Below, piece after piece: positions 28,637-40,262 of a stretch of DNA of 64,000 nucleotides. The translations under genes were made by a program, and so were the position numbers. The DNA comes from Gammaproteobacteria bacterium (lineage in GTDB: Bacteria > Pseudomonadota > Gammaproteobacteria > UBA4575), in assembly GCA_965221955.1 (NCBI GenBank), contig CBDCTA010000029.1:480001-544000 (forward strand), read 5' to 3'. Position 1 is the first letter of the stretch. Each line of letters opens with the position of its first letter. The notes below the pieces were generated by a model. It searched no databases, was not told the origin of the DNA, and saw only the letters and a list, made by a program, of their open reading frames with translations.

Positions 28637-29005
28637 ATGCAAAAACCAAACATTTCCATCGCAATTCCAAAGCAGCGCTATAAGTTTGGCGCATATACGA
28701 TTGTTGTACTTGAAGAAATTGAATCTAAGGGTGAAATTGAATTCCTCTATTTGCTTGCAGGTATTAAAGACGGGCACAATGAGCCTGAAATTTACATCAC
28801 ATGTGAAAAAGCACAGCCAGATTCAATTGAAAAAGGCTCTCACATTATTAGAGTATTTGCCCAACAATTAGACTCCGAGCAATCGGGTAGTGTTATCGAT
28901 CAATCCAATTCATGGAGCGATCGAGACGCTTTTGTTTCCTATGGTCTTTCGGGTTTTAAACAGATGTTGGGTTTAGAAGATGAAGAGCCTTATTTATTAG
29001 TGTAG
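28637..29005 (+). CDS. Hypothetical protein
   Basis: Clean ORF ending 9 nt before mutL. Confidence 0.7.
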   Translation: MQKPNISIAIPKQRYKFGAYTIVVLEEIESKGEIEFLYLLAGIKDGHNEPEIYITCEKAQPDSIEKGSHIIRVFAQQLDSEQSGSVIDQSNSWSDRDAFVSYGLSGFKQMLGLEDEEPYLLV

Positions 29006-29014
29006 CCAACTATT

Positions 29015-30826
29015 ATGAATTCTATTCAACAGCTTCCTCCACAGTTAGTAAATCAAATTGCAGCCGGTGAAGTGATCGAACGGCCTGCTTCAGTTTTAAA
29101 AGAGTTACTGGAAAATGCTTTGGATGCAGGTGCGACAAAAATTATTATTGAATTGGAACAAGGGGGTATGCAATCTATTCGAGTAAGTGATAACGGTCTA
29201 GGTATCCCTAAAGATGAAATTCATATGGCGGTACAACGCCATGCGACCAGCAAAATTGCTTCCATGGATGATCTTGAGCACATCGCTACCTTGGGATTTC
29301 GAGGTGAAGCCTTACCAAGCATCGCATCGGTTTCAAAGTTTAGTTTAGCTTCTAATAATAGTGAAGAAGGCAATGCAGGTTGGGTAATCAGTTCAGACGG
29401 TAGAGAATTCAACGAAGAAGTTATGCCGGTGCGACAAACACGTGGCACGACAGTTGAGGTAAAAGATTTATTTTTTAACGTGCCCGCGAGAAAAAAATTC
29501 TTACGCACTGAGAAAACTGAGCTTAAGCACTGTGACAATGTATTACGTAAAATCGCATTAAGTCGCTTTGATGTAACCGTGATCGCGAAACACAATGGGC
29601 GCAATGTGTTTGAGGTAAGTGCATGCGACTTTTTTGAAAAGGGCTCGGATCGAGTAGGTCAAATCAGTGGTAAGCAATTTGCCGAGCAAAGCATTTACTT
29701 AGAAAACGCTGCTCAAGATATTCAAATACAAGGTTGGATTAGCTTACCTACTTTTTCTCGTAGCCAAGCTGACTTGCAATATTTTTATGTAAACGGACGT
29801 GTGATTCGAGACAAAGTGATTTCGCATGCTATCAAACAAGCGTATCAAGATGTGTTGTATCACGGTCGTTTCCCCGCGTTTGTATTGTTTTTAGAAATGG
29901 ATCCGGTACAGGTAGATGTAAATGCGCACCCAACCAAGCACGAGGTTCGGTTTCGCCAAAGTCGTTATGTACACGACTTTATTCGACACACGGTGGGTAA
30001 AGCGATTGCAGAAACAATGCCCAAGCAAGAACAACAAGGGGCAGAACAATACCGAGAAATTGTTGATGATTATATTCGTGCGGCACAAAGCCAAAGTGCA
30101 GTAAAAGATCATTCTTATTCACATGCGAGCTCAACCTCGCAGCATGTGCGTGAACCTGTGCATAGTTATGCTACGCAAACCGCTAATGAATATGATTTGT
30201 TGTTAAGAATGCCCCCTGAAGAAGCGCATACTACAGAAGAAGCGCCACCTCTAGGTTATGCCATTGAACAATTACACGGTATTTATATCTTGGCTCAAAA
30301 CGCAAAGGGATTGGTGATTGTAGACATGCACGCAGCACATGAACGCATTGTGTATGAAAAGCTAAAAACTTCTTATCAACAAGGTGAGCTTGCTACACAA
30401 CCATTACTGATGCCGTTAACCATCAATGTAAGTCCGCAAGAAGCAGTATTGGCCGAACAACATAGTGAAGCGTTTTTAAAATTTGGTTTTCATATAGAGC
30501 GTTTTGGTGAAGATAGTATTGTGGTGCGAGAAATTCCTTCTTTGCTGCAGCAAGCAGATGTCAATACATTGGTGCTAGATGTGCTAGCCGATTTAAATAT
30601 GTTTGGTAGTTCAGAAAAATTAGAGCAAGCGAATAATGAATTATTGTCAACGATGGCATGCTACGGTTCGGTACGTGCACACAGAAAACTTACGCTTGCA
30701 GAAATGAATGCCTTGTTACGTGAAATGGAAGCCACAGAAAGAAGTTCGCAATGCAATCATGGAAGGCCAACTTGGGTGCAATTGAGTATTGATCAGCTCG
30801 ATAAACTCTTCAAGCGCGGCCAATAG
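29015..30826 (+). CDS. mutL: DNA mismatch repair protein MutL
   Basis: IAAGEVIERP, GFRGEAL, DMHAAHERIVYE endonuclease motif, CNHGRP. Confidence 0.99.
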   Translation: MNSIQQLPPQLVNQIAAGEVIERPASVLKELLENALDAGATKIIIELEQGGMQSIRVSDNGLGIPKDEIHMAVQRHATSKIASMDDLEHIATLGFRGEALPSIASVSKFSLASNNSEEGNAGWVISSDGREFNEEVMPVRQTRGTTVEVKDLFFNVPARKKFLRTEKTELKHCDNVLRKIALSRFDVTVIAKHNGRNVFEVSACDFFEKGSDRVGQISGKQFAEQSIYLENAAQDIQIQGWISLPTFSRSQADLQYFYVNGRVIRDKVISHAIKQAYQDVLYHGRFPAFVLFLEMDPVQVDVNAHPTKHEVRFRQSRYVHDFIRHTVGKAIAETMPKQEQQGAEQYREIVDDYIRAAQSQSAVKDHSYSHASSTSQHVREPVHSYATQTANEYDLLLRMPPEEAHTTEEAPPLGYAIEQLHGIYILAQNAKGLVIVDMHAAHERIVYEKLKTSYQQGELATQPLLMPLTINVSPQEAVLAEQHSEAFLKFGFHIERFGEDSIVVREIPSLLQQADVNTLVLDVLADLNMFGSSEKLEQANNELLSTMACYGSVRAHRKLTLAEMNALLREMEATERSSQCNHGRPTWVQLSIDQLDKLFKRGQ

Positions 30827-30951
30827 AAGCCCCTGAATTTGTTTTCTGCTTCGTTAAAAAAATGATCTCAATAGTGCTCATGTATTAGCATATACACTTC
30901 GCTTATTTCGACATTTTTTTGCCTCACATAAAATCAAATCAGAGCCTTCTA
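30824..30951. repeat. RPE/MITE-like palindromic element, copy 5
   Basis: TAGAAG..CTGA...GCTCATGTAT..ATACACTTCGC...TCAGAGCCTTCTA; starts in the mutL TAG. Confidence 0.9.
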
Positions 30952-30960
30952 TAAATTGAA

Positions 30961-31890
30961 GTGAATACCTCTCCTGTTATTTGTGTGATGGGTCCTACCG
31001 CTAGTGGTAAGACAGATCTTGCGCTTGCCATTGCAGATGAATTTCCGTGTGAAATTATTAGTGTAGATTCGGTGATGGTGTACCGGGATTTGAATATCGG
31101 ATCTGCTAAACCAAATCAAAAAGTTTTACAACGATATCCGCATCAATTGGTGGATATTATAAATCCCGAAGAAAGTTATTCGGTTGCCAATTTTTGTAGT
31201 GATGCTTTGCGATGCATTGAGCAGGCACATAGTAATCATAAAGTTCCATTGTTAGTGGGTGGCACCATGCTGTATTTCAATGCCTTGCTACATGGATTGT
31301 CCGATATGCCAAGTGCGGATGAAGGGGTAAGAAAAAAGATTACCGAACTTGCAGAAGAAAAGAGCTGGGAGTTTGTGCATGCGCAACTCGCAAAAGTAGA
31401 TCCACAAGCCGCAAAGCGTATCCACCCAAATGATCCGCAGCGCATTCAGCGCGCTTTGGAAGTTTATGAGCTAACCGGAACACCTCTTAGCGAATGGCAT
31501 GCAGATACGGAACCTACTCAGTTTCCTTTTAAAGTTTTAAAGCTAGCATTAATTCCTGAAGATCGTGGGCTTTTGCATAAGCGAATCGAAAATAGATTCG
31601 ATCAAATGCTGCAAACAGGTTTCATGGATGAGATGCGGCAACTTTATCAACGTGATTCTCTACACGAAAATCTACCTTCGATGCGTTCGGTTGGTTACCG
31701 GCAGGCTTGGAAATTTTTAGCGGGTGAATATGATGAAATCATGATGCGCGAAAAAGCAATTATCGCCACTAGGCAGTTCGCAAAACGCCAGCTTACCTGG
31801 CTGCGCAGTGAGTCATCTTTATGCGTTATTCCTGCTGAAAAGCATGATATTCATGATGTTCGTCAACAAATTCACAGTCATTTGGCATAG
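30961..31890 (+). CDS. miaA: tRNA dimethylallyltransferase
   Basis: GPTASGKT, SVDSVMVY, VGGTMLY, TRQFAKRQLTW. Confidence 0.99.
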   Translation: MNTSPVICVMGPTASGKTDLALAIADEFPCEIISVDSVMVYRDLNIGSAKPNQKVLQRYPHQLVDIINPEESYSVANFCSDALRCIEQAHSNHKVPLLVGGTMLYFNALLHGLSDMPSADEGVRKKITELAEEKSWEFVHAQLAKVDPQAAKRIHPNDPQRIQRALEVYELTGTPLSEWHADTEPTQFPFKVLKLALIPEDRGLLHKRIENRFDQMLQTGFMDEMRQLYQRDSLHENLPSMRSVGYRQAWKFLAGEYDEIMMREKAIIATRQFAKRQLTWLRSESSLCVIPAEKHDIHDVRQQIHSHLA

Positions 31891-31994
31891 CTGAAAGGGT
31901 GTTGAAACTGCTACACTATAGATATGGTGGGAGTCAAGCTTTCTTGAATGCCCACTAGATAATAACAATAACAAAAACTAGAGGTGTTATAGCA

Positions 31995-32231
31995 ATGTCA
32001 AAAGGTCAAACTTTACAAGAACCCTTTCTAAATGCTTTGCGAAAAGAAAAAGTCCCCGTATCAATTTATTTAGTTAATGGAATCAAATTACAAGGCCAAG
32101 TTGATTCATTTGATCAATTCGTTGTGCTACTAAAAAATAGTGTCAATCAGATGGTGTACAAACATGCCATTTCTACTATTGTACCTTCACGTATGGTGAA
32201 GATGCCGATGAGTGATGAGCAGCCTGAATAA
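31995..32231 (+). CDS. hfq: RNA chaperone Hfq
   Basis: [19 protein letters not shown]. Confidence 0.99.
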   Translation: MSKGQTLQEPFLNALRKEKVPVSIYLVNGIKLQGQVDSFDQFVVLLKNSVNQMVYKHAISTIVPSRMVKMPMSDEQPE

Positions 32232-32269
32232 TTTGCAGTATCCTATAACCATTCATTTAGGATTTTCTT

Positions 32270-33556
32270 TTGTTTGAGCGTCCAGACATAGGTCAACGCG
32301 CTATACTTGTGCATGTAAAGTTTAATGGGGCAGCAAATAATCAAGACTTAGGTGAATTTAAAGATCTGGTACGATCGACTGGTGCAGAAATTGCCACAGT
32401 TGTAACCGTGCAACGTAGTACACCTGATGCAAAACTATTAATTGGCAGTGGCAAGGTTGAAGAGATTGGTGTGCTTGCTTATTCGCTTGAAGCCGATATT
32501 GTAATTTTTAATTATTCTTTATCTCCGAGTCAGGAGCGCAACTTAGAAAAGATTTGTAAAAAACGTGTTCTGGATCGAACTGGTTTAATCTTAGACATTT
32601 TTGCGCAACGCGCGCGCTCCTACGAAGGTAAGTTACAAGTAGAGCTTGCGCAATTAAAGTATTTATCCACACGCTTGGTGCGTGGTTGGAGTCATTTGGA
32701 GCGTCAGAAAGGTGGTATTGGTTTACGCGGTCCGGGTGAGAAACAATTAGAATCTGATAGACGCTTGTTACGTGCACGAATTAAACAAATTTCTAAGCGT
32801 TTAGATAAATTACGCCAACAGCGAGATCAAGGCAGAGCAGCACGCAGAAAAACGACTACACCTACGGTTGCATTAGTGGGTTATACCAACGCAGGTAAGT
32901 CGACCTTATTTAATCGTTTAACGGATGCTACGGTATATTCTGCAGATAAGTTATTTGCAACGTTAGACCCAACGCTACGGCGTATGCAGATTTCTAAGGG
33001 TCAGCATATTGTGTTGGCGGATACAGTTGGGTTCATTCAAGATTTGCCGCACGATCTAATCGAAGCATTTCATGCCACATTACAAGAAACGCAAGAGGCA
33101 GATCTACTTTTACACATTGTTGATGCGAGTGATCCAAACCGCGACAACAATATTGAACAGGTTCAGCTTGTTCTGGAGCAAATCGATGCTTTGGAAGTTC
33201 CGCAGATCATGGTGTTTAACAAAATAGATCAAATTGACATGTTGCCGAATGTTGATCTAGATGCACATGGGAGAATTCAACATGTTTGGATGTCTGCTCA
33301 GAGTGGAGAAGGTAAAGAGCTTTTGGTTCAAGCGCTGAAACAGTATTTTGAACAACAAGTTGAGCGTATGTGGCTGCATTTACCTCCGGCCAAAGGTGGG
33401 TTGCGTAGTGAGCTATATAAGCATAGTGAAGTGTTGCAAGAGTCTGTTGATGATCAAGGATTCTGGTTGATCGAGGCTGAAATTCCTTTGAATATACTCA
33501 AAAAGTTTGCGGAATATAAAATTCCTGAAGAATCTGTACAGCAGGCAAGCTTATAA
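32270..33556 (+). CDS. hflX: GTPase HflX
   Basis: GYTNAGKST, LFATLDPT, DTVGFI, NKID. Confidence 0.99.
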   Translation: MFERPDIGQRAILVHVKFNGAANNQDLGEFKDLVRSTGAEIATVVTVQRSTPDAKLLIGSGKVEEIGVLAYSLEADIVIFNYSLSPSQERNLEKICKKRVLDRTGLILDIFAQRARSYEGKLQVELAQLKYLSTRLVRGWSHLERQKGGIGLRGPGEKQLESDRRLLRARIKQISKRLDKLRQQRDQGRAARRKTTTPTVALVGYTNAGKSTLFNRLTDATVYSADKLFATLDPTLRRMQISKGQHIVLADTVGFIQDLPHDLIEAFHATLQETQEADLLLHIVDASDPNRDNNIEQVQLVLEQIDALEVPQIMVFNKIDQIDMLPNVDLDAHGRIQHVWMSAQSGEGKELLVQALKQYFEQQVERMWLHLPPAKGGLRSELYKHSEVLQESVDDQGFWLIEAEIPLNILKKFAEYKIPEESVQQASL

Positions 33557-33637
33557 GCTGACTTTTTCTATTGTCTTGATAGAATGTGTCATTCGTGTCG
33601 AATAAAAATTAACCCATAACCATTTCTGGAGTGAACT

Positions 33638-34780
33638 ATGCCTTGGAACAGCCCAGGCGACGATAATAAAGATAAAGACCCTTGGGGTCGGAACTCGGGC
33701 AATCAAGGCCCCCCTGATCTTGACGAAGTATTTCGCAACTTAACCAAAAAATTCGGTGGAATTTTTGGCGGTAGTTCGTCTGGTGGTTCTGGAGGAGATG
33801 GTAAACCTTTCGTTTTGTTCGCACTGATAGCGGCGTTGGCGTTATGGGGCATCTACGATAGATTTGGTTTCTATGTAGTCAAGCAAGCTGAAAGAGGGGT
33901 GGAGTTACGTTTTGGTGAGTTTCAGGAAATGACCAGCGCTGGTTTGAATTGGCATTTACCCTTCCCAATTGAAACGGTTGAGATTGTAAACGTGGATGAA
34001 GTTCGTGAGGTTACAAATAAAACCTCCATGTTGACCCAGGATGAAAACATTGTAGAAGTCTCTCTCGAAGCTCAATATAAAATTGGCGATGCGAAGGAGT
34101 ATGTTTTTAATGTAAGAGACCCCGATCAAACGGTTAAAGATGCAATGGAAAGTGCAGTACGCGAAATCGTTGGTAAGAGCACTATTGATTTTGTACTCTT
34201 TGAAGGTCGTGCGCAAATCTCAAGTGTTACCCGAGAATTATTGCAAGAGATTCTTGATAGTTACAAGTCAGGCATTTTTATTCAAAAAGTAAACCTTGAG
34301 CGATCGGTTCCTCCGAACGAAGTAAAGGCAGCATTCGATGACGCGATAAAATCACGTGAGGACTATAACCGTTATATAAAAGAGGCTGAGGCCTATGCAA
34401 ATAGCATTCTTCCACAAGCGCGCGGTGAAGCTGCAAGGCAGTTACAAGAAGCGGATGCATATCGAGATCGTGTCATTGCCAATTCTGAAGGTGAAGCAAA
34501 GCGATTTTTAAAGCTTTTAGCAGAATACGAAAAAGCACCAGAAGTTACGCGTGAACGTTTATACATTGAAGCTGTAGAGTCGGTTTATACTCATAGCAAT
34601 AAAGTTATGATGGATGTTGAGGGCGGTAACAACCTTTTATACTTGCCTCTTGATCAAATTATGAAACAACGGTCGATGATAGGTAATCAGAACGTAACGA
34701 GTGAAAGGTTTAATAGTGAAAATTTTGGCTTAAATAATCAGCCGATTACATCCGATAACACTGGTCGCGAGGGACGTTAA
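33638..34780 (+). CDS. hflK: FtsH modulator HflK
   Basis: MPWNSPG...GPPDLDE, SPFH domain, APEVTRERLY. Confidence 0.98.
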   Translation: MPWNSPGDDNKDKDPWGRNSGNQGPPDLDEVFRNLTKKFGGIFGGSSSGGSGGDGKPFVLFALIAALALWGIYDRFGFYVVKQAERGVELRFGEFQEMTSAGLNWHLPFPIETVEIVNVDEVREVTNKTSMLTQDENIVEVSLEAQYKIGDAKEYVFNVRDPDQTVKDAMESAVREIVGKSTIDFVLFEGRAQISSVTRELLQEILDSYKSGIFIQKVNLERSVPPNEVKAAFDDAIKSREDYNRYIKEAEAYANSILPQARGEAARQLQEADAYRDRVIANSEGEAKRFLKLLAEYEKAPEVTRERLYIEAVESVYTHSNKVMMDVEGGNNLLYLPLDQIMKQRSMIGNQNVTSERFNSENFGLNNQPITSDNTGREGR

Positions 34781-34782
34781 TC

Positions 34783-35646
34783 ATGAATAGTAAAATCGTA
34801 CTTGCAATCATAGCTTTGTTAATTGTTGGTTTTTTTAGTTTTACTTTTCAGGTAGATCAGCGCCAAACAGCGATTAAATTAAAATTTGGAAAAGTAGATC
34901 AAGCCAACATAGAGCCTGGCTTGCATTTTAAGATCCCCATTATGAACACGATTGAAAAATACGATAACCGTATTTTGACATTGGATGCTCCGCCAACGGA
35001 GTTCCCTACTAATGAAAAGAAATATGTAATTGTAGATTTCTTTGCCAAGTGGCGAATATCCGATGTGGAAAAGTATTACTTGGCTACTAGCGGTGTCGAG
35101 TCAAGGGCGAATCAACGTCTAGAGCTTATTTTGGTTGATGGTTTAAAAAATGAGTTTGGCACACGTACTATTCAGGAAGTGGTTTCAGGGGAGCGTGCTG
35201 AGATAATGGATGTAATTCAGGTGCAATCCAATAATGAAGCAAAAAATTTCGGAATTACAGTTGTTGATGTTCGCGTAAGTAAGATCGATTTACCAGAATC
35301 TGTGAGTGACTCTGTATTTAAAAATATGCGTGCTGAGCGTGACCGCGTTGCTAAAGATTTTCGTGCACGCGGTAGAGAACAAGCAGAAGTGATTCGAGCT
35401 ACTGCAGATAAAGAGCGCACTGTGATTTTGGCGAATGCGTATAAAGAAGCCGAACAAATTCGTGGTGATGGTGATGCGAAGTCTGCTGAAATCTATGCAA
35501 ATGCGTTTTCAAAAAACGAAGAATTTTATAGTTTTACGCGTAGTTTAAAGGCTTATACCAATACCTTTAATAGTAATAATGATGTTTTGATTATGGAGCC
35601 AGATTCTGAGTTTTTCCGCTACTTCAAAAAATCTGAACAAAATTAA
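34783..35646 (+). CDS. hflC: FtsH modulator HflC
   Basis: PGLHFKIP, MRAER, FYSFTRSL. Confidence 0.98.
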   Translation: MNSKIVLAIIALLIVGFFSFTFQVDQRQTAIKLKFGKVDQANIEPGLHFKIPIMNTIEKYDNRILTLDAPPTEFPTNEKKYVIVDFFAKWRISDVEKYYLATSGVESRANQRLELILVDGLKNEFGTRTIQEVVSGERAEIMDVIQVQSNNEAKNFGITVVDVRVSKIDLPESVSDSVFKNMRAERDRVAKDFRARGREQAEVIRATADKERTVILANAYKEAEQIRGDGDAKSAEIYANAFSKNEEFYSFTRSLKAYTNTFNSNNDVLIMEPDSEFFRYFKKSEQN

Positions 35647-35679
35647 TTAGTTCTAGTTTCCCTTAATTAAGCTAAATAT

Positions 35680-35874
35680 ATGTGGAATGAGTTACTGGTT
35701 GCGATTGCGCTGGTTTTGGTTTTCGAGGGCATTATTCCATTTTTAGCACCAGAAAAATTTCGCCAAGCACTTATTCAGCTTGTGAATATGCCGGACCAAA
35801 TGTTACGCATGATAGGTCTGGCGAGTATGACGCTAGGAATTATTTTTCTATATATCTTAAAGTTAATTGATTAA
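35680..35874 (+). CDS. DUF2065 (YjeT-like) small membrane protein
   Basis: ALVLVFEGIIPFLAP; conserved position after hflC. Confidence 0.9.
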   Translation: MWNELLVAIALVLVFEGIIPFLAPEKFRQALIQLVNMPDQMLRMIGLASMTLGIIFLYILKLID

Positions 35875-35885
35875 TTAAACCCATA

Positions 35886-37067
35886 ATGAGTCAAGATCGC
35901 TGGTTGTTACCTGAAGGTATTGAAGAGTCGTTGCCGGATGAATCGGAATGGCTGGAAAAAAATCGTCGTGAGTTAGTCGATATGTTTTCAACGTGGGGCT
36001 ATGAATTAGTCATGCCGCCACTGATTGAGTATCTGGACTCACTGCTGATTGGCCCAAGTGATGATTTGGATTTGCAAACCTTTAAGTTAACCGATCAATT
36101 AACCGGGAAAATGATGGGTGTACGTGCAGATATGACTTCTCAAGTTGCACGGATTGATGCACGTATGTTGAAACGTGATGCGCCTACACGATTTTGTTAT
36201 TTAGGTTCAGTGTTGCACACTCGGCCAGGGGGGCGTGATTTAACGCGCAGCCCATTGCAAGTAGGCGCAGAGTTATACGGCCATAAAGGGTTGGATAGTG
36301 ATGTAGAAGTCATTTGTTTAATGCTTCAAGCATTAAGTTTAGTTGGGATTGAAGATATTCTGCTTGATCTAAGTCACGTTGGAATTTTATCTAAACTCGT
36401 AGAGCAAGCGGGATTCACTGAGGTCCAACAGAAACAACTGCAAACATTACTACAACAAAAAGCACTGCCTGAATATGAGCAATTTCTTATTACTTGTTCG
36501 CTAGAAGATAAATGGCAAACAGTATTTACTTCTTTAATTGATTTAAATGGTGAGGAAGAAATCATTGCTACAACTAAAGAGTTATTAAAAGATTGTGGCG
36601 CTGAAGTGATTGAATATATTCGATATGTAGAAGAACTTGCAGCGCGAGTGACAAAATATTATCCAAATATTCAGTTGCATTATGACTTTGCTGCGTTGAG
36701 TGGATATCGGTATCAAAATGGAGCTGTATTTGCTGCATATGTTTCAGGTCAAGGAGGGGAGATTGCGCGTGGGGGTCGTTATGACATGATAGGTGAGGTG
36801 TTTGGTCGTTCACGCCCTGCCACGGGATTTAGTATGGATCTAAAAGCCTTGGCAAAAATTTCACTGAAGTCGAGCCAATCCGTGCTTGGTATTTACGCGC
36901 CAAATGATGATGATTCGGAGTTGCAGAAAAAAATAAAACAATTACGTGCTCAAGGTGAACGAGTTATTTGTGAATTAGCAGGTCAAAAAGGCGACGCTCA
37001 AGATTTAAATTGTAATCGTGTAATCGTTAAACAAAACCAACAGTGGATAGTTAAGGATATCCAATAA
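35886..37067 (+). CDS. hisZ: ATP phosphoribosyltransferase regulatory subunit
   Basis: RWLLPEGI, GVRADMT, GGRYD, RPATGFS; upstream of purA. Confidence 0.96.
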   Translation: MSQDRWLLPEGIEESLPDESEWLEKNRRELVDMFSTWGYELVMPPLIEYLDSLLIGPSDDLDLQTFKLTDQLTGKMMGVRADMTSQVARIDARMLKRDAPTRFCYLGSVLHTRPGGRDLTRSPLQVGAELYGHKGLDSDVEVICLMLQALSLVGIEDILLDLSHVGILSKLVEQAGFTEVQQKQLQTLLQQKALPEYEQFLITCSLEDKWQTVFTSLIDLNGEEEIIATTKELLKDCGAEVIEYIRYVEELAARVTKYYPNIQLHYDFAALSGYRYQNGAVFAAYVSGQGGEIARGGRYDMIGEVFGRSRPATGFSMDLKALAKISLKSSQSVLGIYAPNDDDSELQKKIKQLRAQGERVICELAGQKGDAQDLNCNRVIVKQNQQWIVKDIQ

Positions 37068-37079
37068 AAATTAATCTAA

Positions 37080-38381
<1,302 letters not shown>

Positions 38382-38452
38382 TTAGTATTTAATTATTAGC
38401 GTTTAGCTAACCAGTTCACTCATAAATTGCATAGTTGTTTGATTATTAAGCT

Positions 38453-39445
38453 ATGAGTCTTAATGGTAAAACGTTCTTAATCGTTGGTGGAGCAGGTTAC
38501 ATCGGGTCACACATGACTTTGATGCTATTTGAGCTGGGATATCAAGTTTTAGTTCTAGATAATTTATCTACTGGCTTTGAAGATGCTGTGATCGGAGCAC
38601 AGCTTATACAAGGCGATATTCATGATTCGGCAAAACTCGACGAAGTATTTAAGCGAAATAAAGTCGATGTAGTAATGCACTTTGCAGCACATCTTGATGT
38701 AGGTGAATCTGTGCGTGATCCATTTAAGTATTACCAAAATAATGTAGTCGGTACTCAAACACTACTAGAAAAAATGGTCTCGCATAGGGTAAACAATTTT
38801 ATATTCTCATCGACAGCAGCCATTTTTGGCGAACCCGAATATGTGCCAATTGATGAAGTACATGATAAAAAACCTATTAATCCGTATGGTCACAGTAAGC
38901 TGATGGTAGAACAGATGCTGGAAAATTATGATCAAGCCTACGGGTTAAAATCCATTTGTTTGCGCTACTTCAATGCAGCTGGTGCGGATCCACAAGCCAG
39001 AATAGGTGAAAGGCATGATCCTGAAACGCATCTTATTCCGTTGGTATTGCAAGCTGCAACAGGACGTCGCGAGAGCATTAATGTTTTTGGTGACGATTAC
39101 GACACTGAGGATGGAACTTGTATACGCGATTACATCCATATTGTAGATTTGTGTACGGCACACCTGATTTCAACAGAGTATTTGTTATCCGAAGCACAAA
39201 GCAGGCAATTTAATCTTGGTAATGGAAATGGCTACACGGTTCAACAAGTAATTGATAGTGCTAAGAAGATCACCAATAAACCAATCAAAATAAATCAAGC
39301 GGAGCGGAGGGCAGGGGATCCTGCAAGATTGGTCGCGGATGCAACGTTGGCAAAAAAAATACTAAATTGGGTACCGAAATATACGGATTTAAATGAAATC
39401 ATAGAACATGCCTGGAAATGGGAAGTTCGGCAGAATAATAAATAA
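38453..39445 (+). CDS. galE: UDP-glucose 4-epimerase
   Basis: GGAGYIGSH, YGHSK, LRYFNAAG, RDYIH. Confidence 0.96.
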   Translation: MSLNGKTFLIVGGAGYIGSHMTLMLFELGYQVLVLDNLSTGFEDAVIGAQLIQGDIHDSAKLDEVFKRNKVDVVMHFAAHLDVGESVRDPFKYYQNNVVGTQTLLEKMVSHRVNNFIFSSTAAIFGEPEYVPIDEVHDKKPINPYGHSKLMVEQMLENYDQAYGLKSICLRYFNAAGADPQARIGERHDPETHLIPLVLQAATGRRESINVFGDDYDTEDGTCIRDYIHIVDLCTAHLISTEYLLSEAQSRQFNLGNGNGYTVQQVIDSAKKITNKPIKINQAERRAGDPARLVADATLAKKILNWVPKYTDLNEIIEHAWKWEVRQNNK

Positions 39446-39542
39446 GCAGTTTTAACTACGTATTTTTAAAATTCTTTATAGCTAACAAGTACTTAGTATA
39501 GCTATTATTGAATAAAGTCCTCTGTCCCCGCTCATCGTTCAT

Positions 39543-39570
39543 GAACCTTTTTGTCTCTACCCGTGTCTTA
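39543..39570 (+). promoter_or_regulatory. Candidate sigmaE (RpoE/AlgU) promoter GAACCT-N16-GTCTTA
   Basis: Matches the GAACTT-N16-GTC pattern about 90 nt before a lipoprotein gene. Confidence 0.55.
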
Positions 39571-39660
39571 CACGCATATATGTGGGTTGCGCGTGTCAAC
39601 CAAAATCTTGGTGAAACGTTGTAGTCAATACGAAGTACTCAAAAACAAAAGAGGTTAACC

Positions 39661-40143
39661 ATGTATAAGCATTTCATACTTTCGATGATTCTAGTGTTAA
39701 GTTTTTCTTTAAGCGCCTGCGCTACTAATCCTTATGGAGGATACAGCGCGCCCAGTAAACAAACTCAAGGCGCAGTAGCTGGCGGTGTTATTGGCGGGCT
39801 TTTGGGTTCTACCGTGGGAGATGGAAGGGGCACAGTATGGGCAGCAGCAGCAGGAACATTAATAGGTGCTTTGGCAGGAGCGCATGTAGGTCGTCAGCTG
39901 GATGAACTAGATCGTTATCGTACGGGACAAACTTTAGAGACAGCGCCTACTGGAGCTACTAAAGAGTGGGTGAACCCAGACTCAGGTACGGCTTATTCCG
40001 TTACGCCGACACGCACTTATGATTCTGGATATGGAACACCTTGCCGTGAATTTACTATGGATGCAGAAATTGGTGGTCAAACTGAACAAGTATATGGCAC
40101 TGCATGTAGACAAGCGGACGGAAGTTGGAAGATGTCTGCTTAA
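39661..40143 (+). CDS. Glycine-zipper / 17-kDa surface-antigen-like lipoprotein
   Basis: Lipobox LSAC, glycine zipper, WVNPDSG, CREF...GTACRQADGSW. Confidence 0.9.
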   Translation: MYKHFILSMILVLSFSLSACATNPYGGYSAPSKQTQGAVAGGVIGGLLGSTVGDGRGTVWAAAAGTLIGALAGAHVGRQLDELDRYRTGQTLETAPTGATKEWVNPDSGTAYSVTPTRTYDSGYGTPCREFTMDAEIGGQTEQVYGTACRQADGSWKMSA

Positions 40144-40201
40144 TAATTTATTAAATTTAAGGAAGAACTAGAACTGAAAAGTAACAAGGAATGTTAAAAA
40201 A

Positions 40202-40234
40202 ATAAAAAGCCCTGCATTAGCGGGGCTTTTTTAT
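40202..40234. terminator. Bidirectional Rho-independent terminator
   Basis: AAAAAGCCCTGC-ATTA-GCGGGGCTTTTT between convergent genes. Confidence 0.85.
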
Positions 40235-40262
40235 ATCTTGATGGATTAAGTGCTGGTATGGA

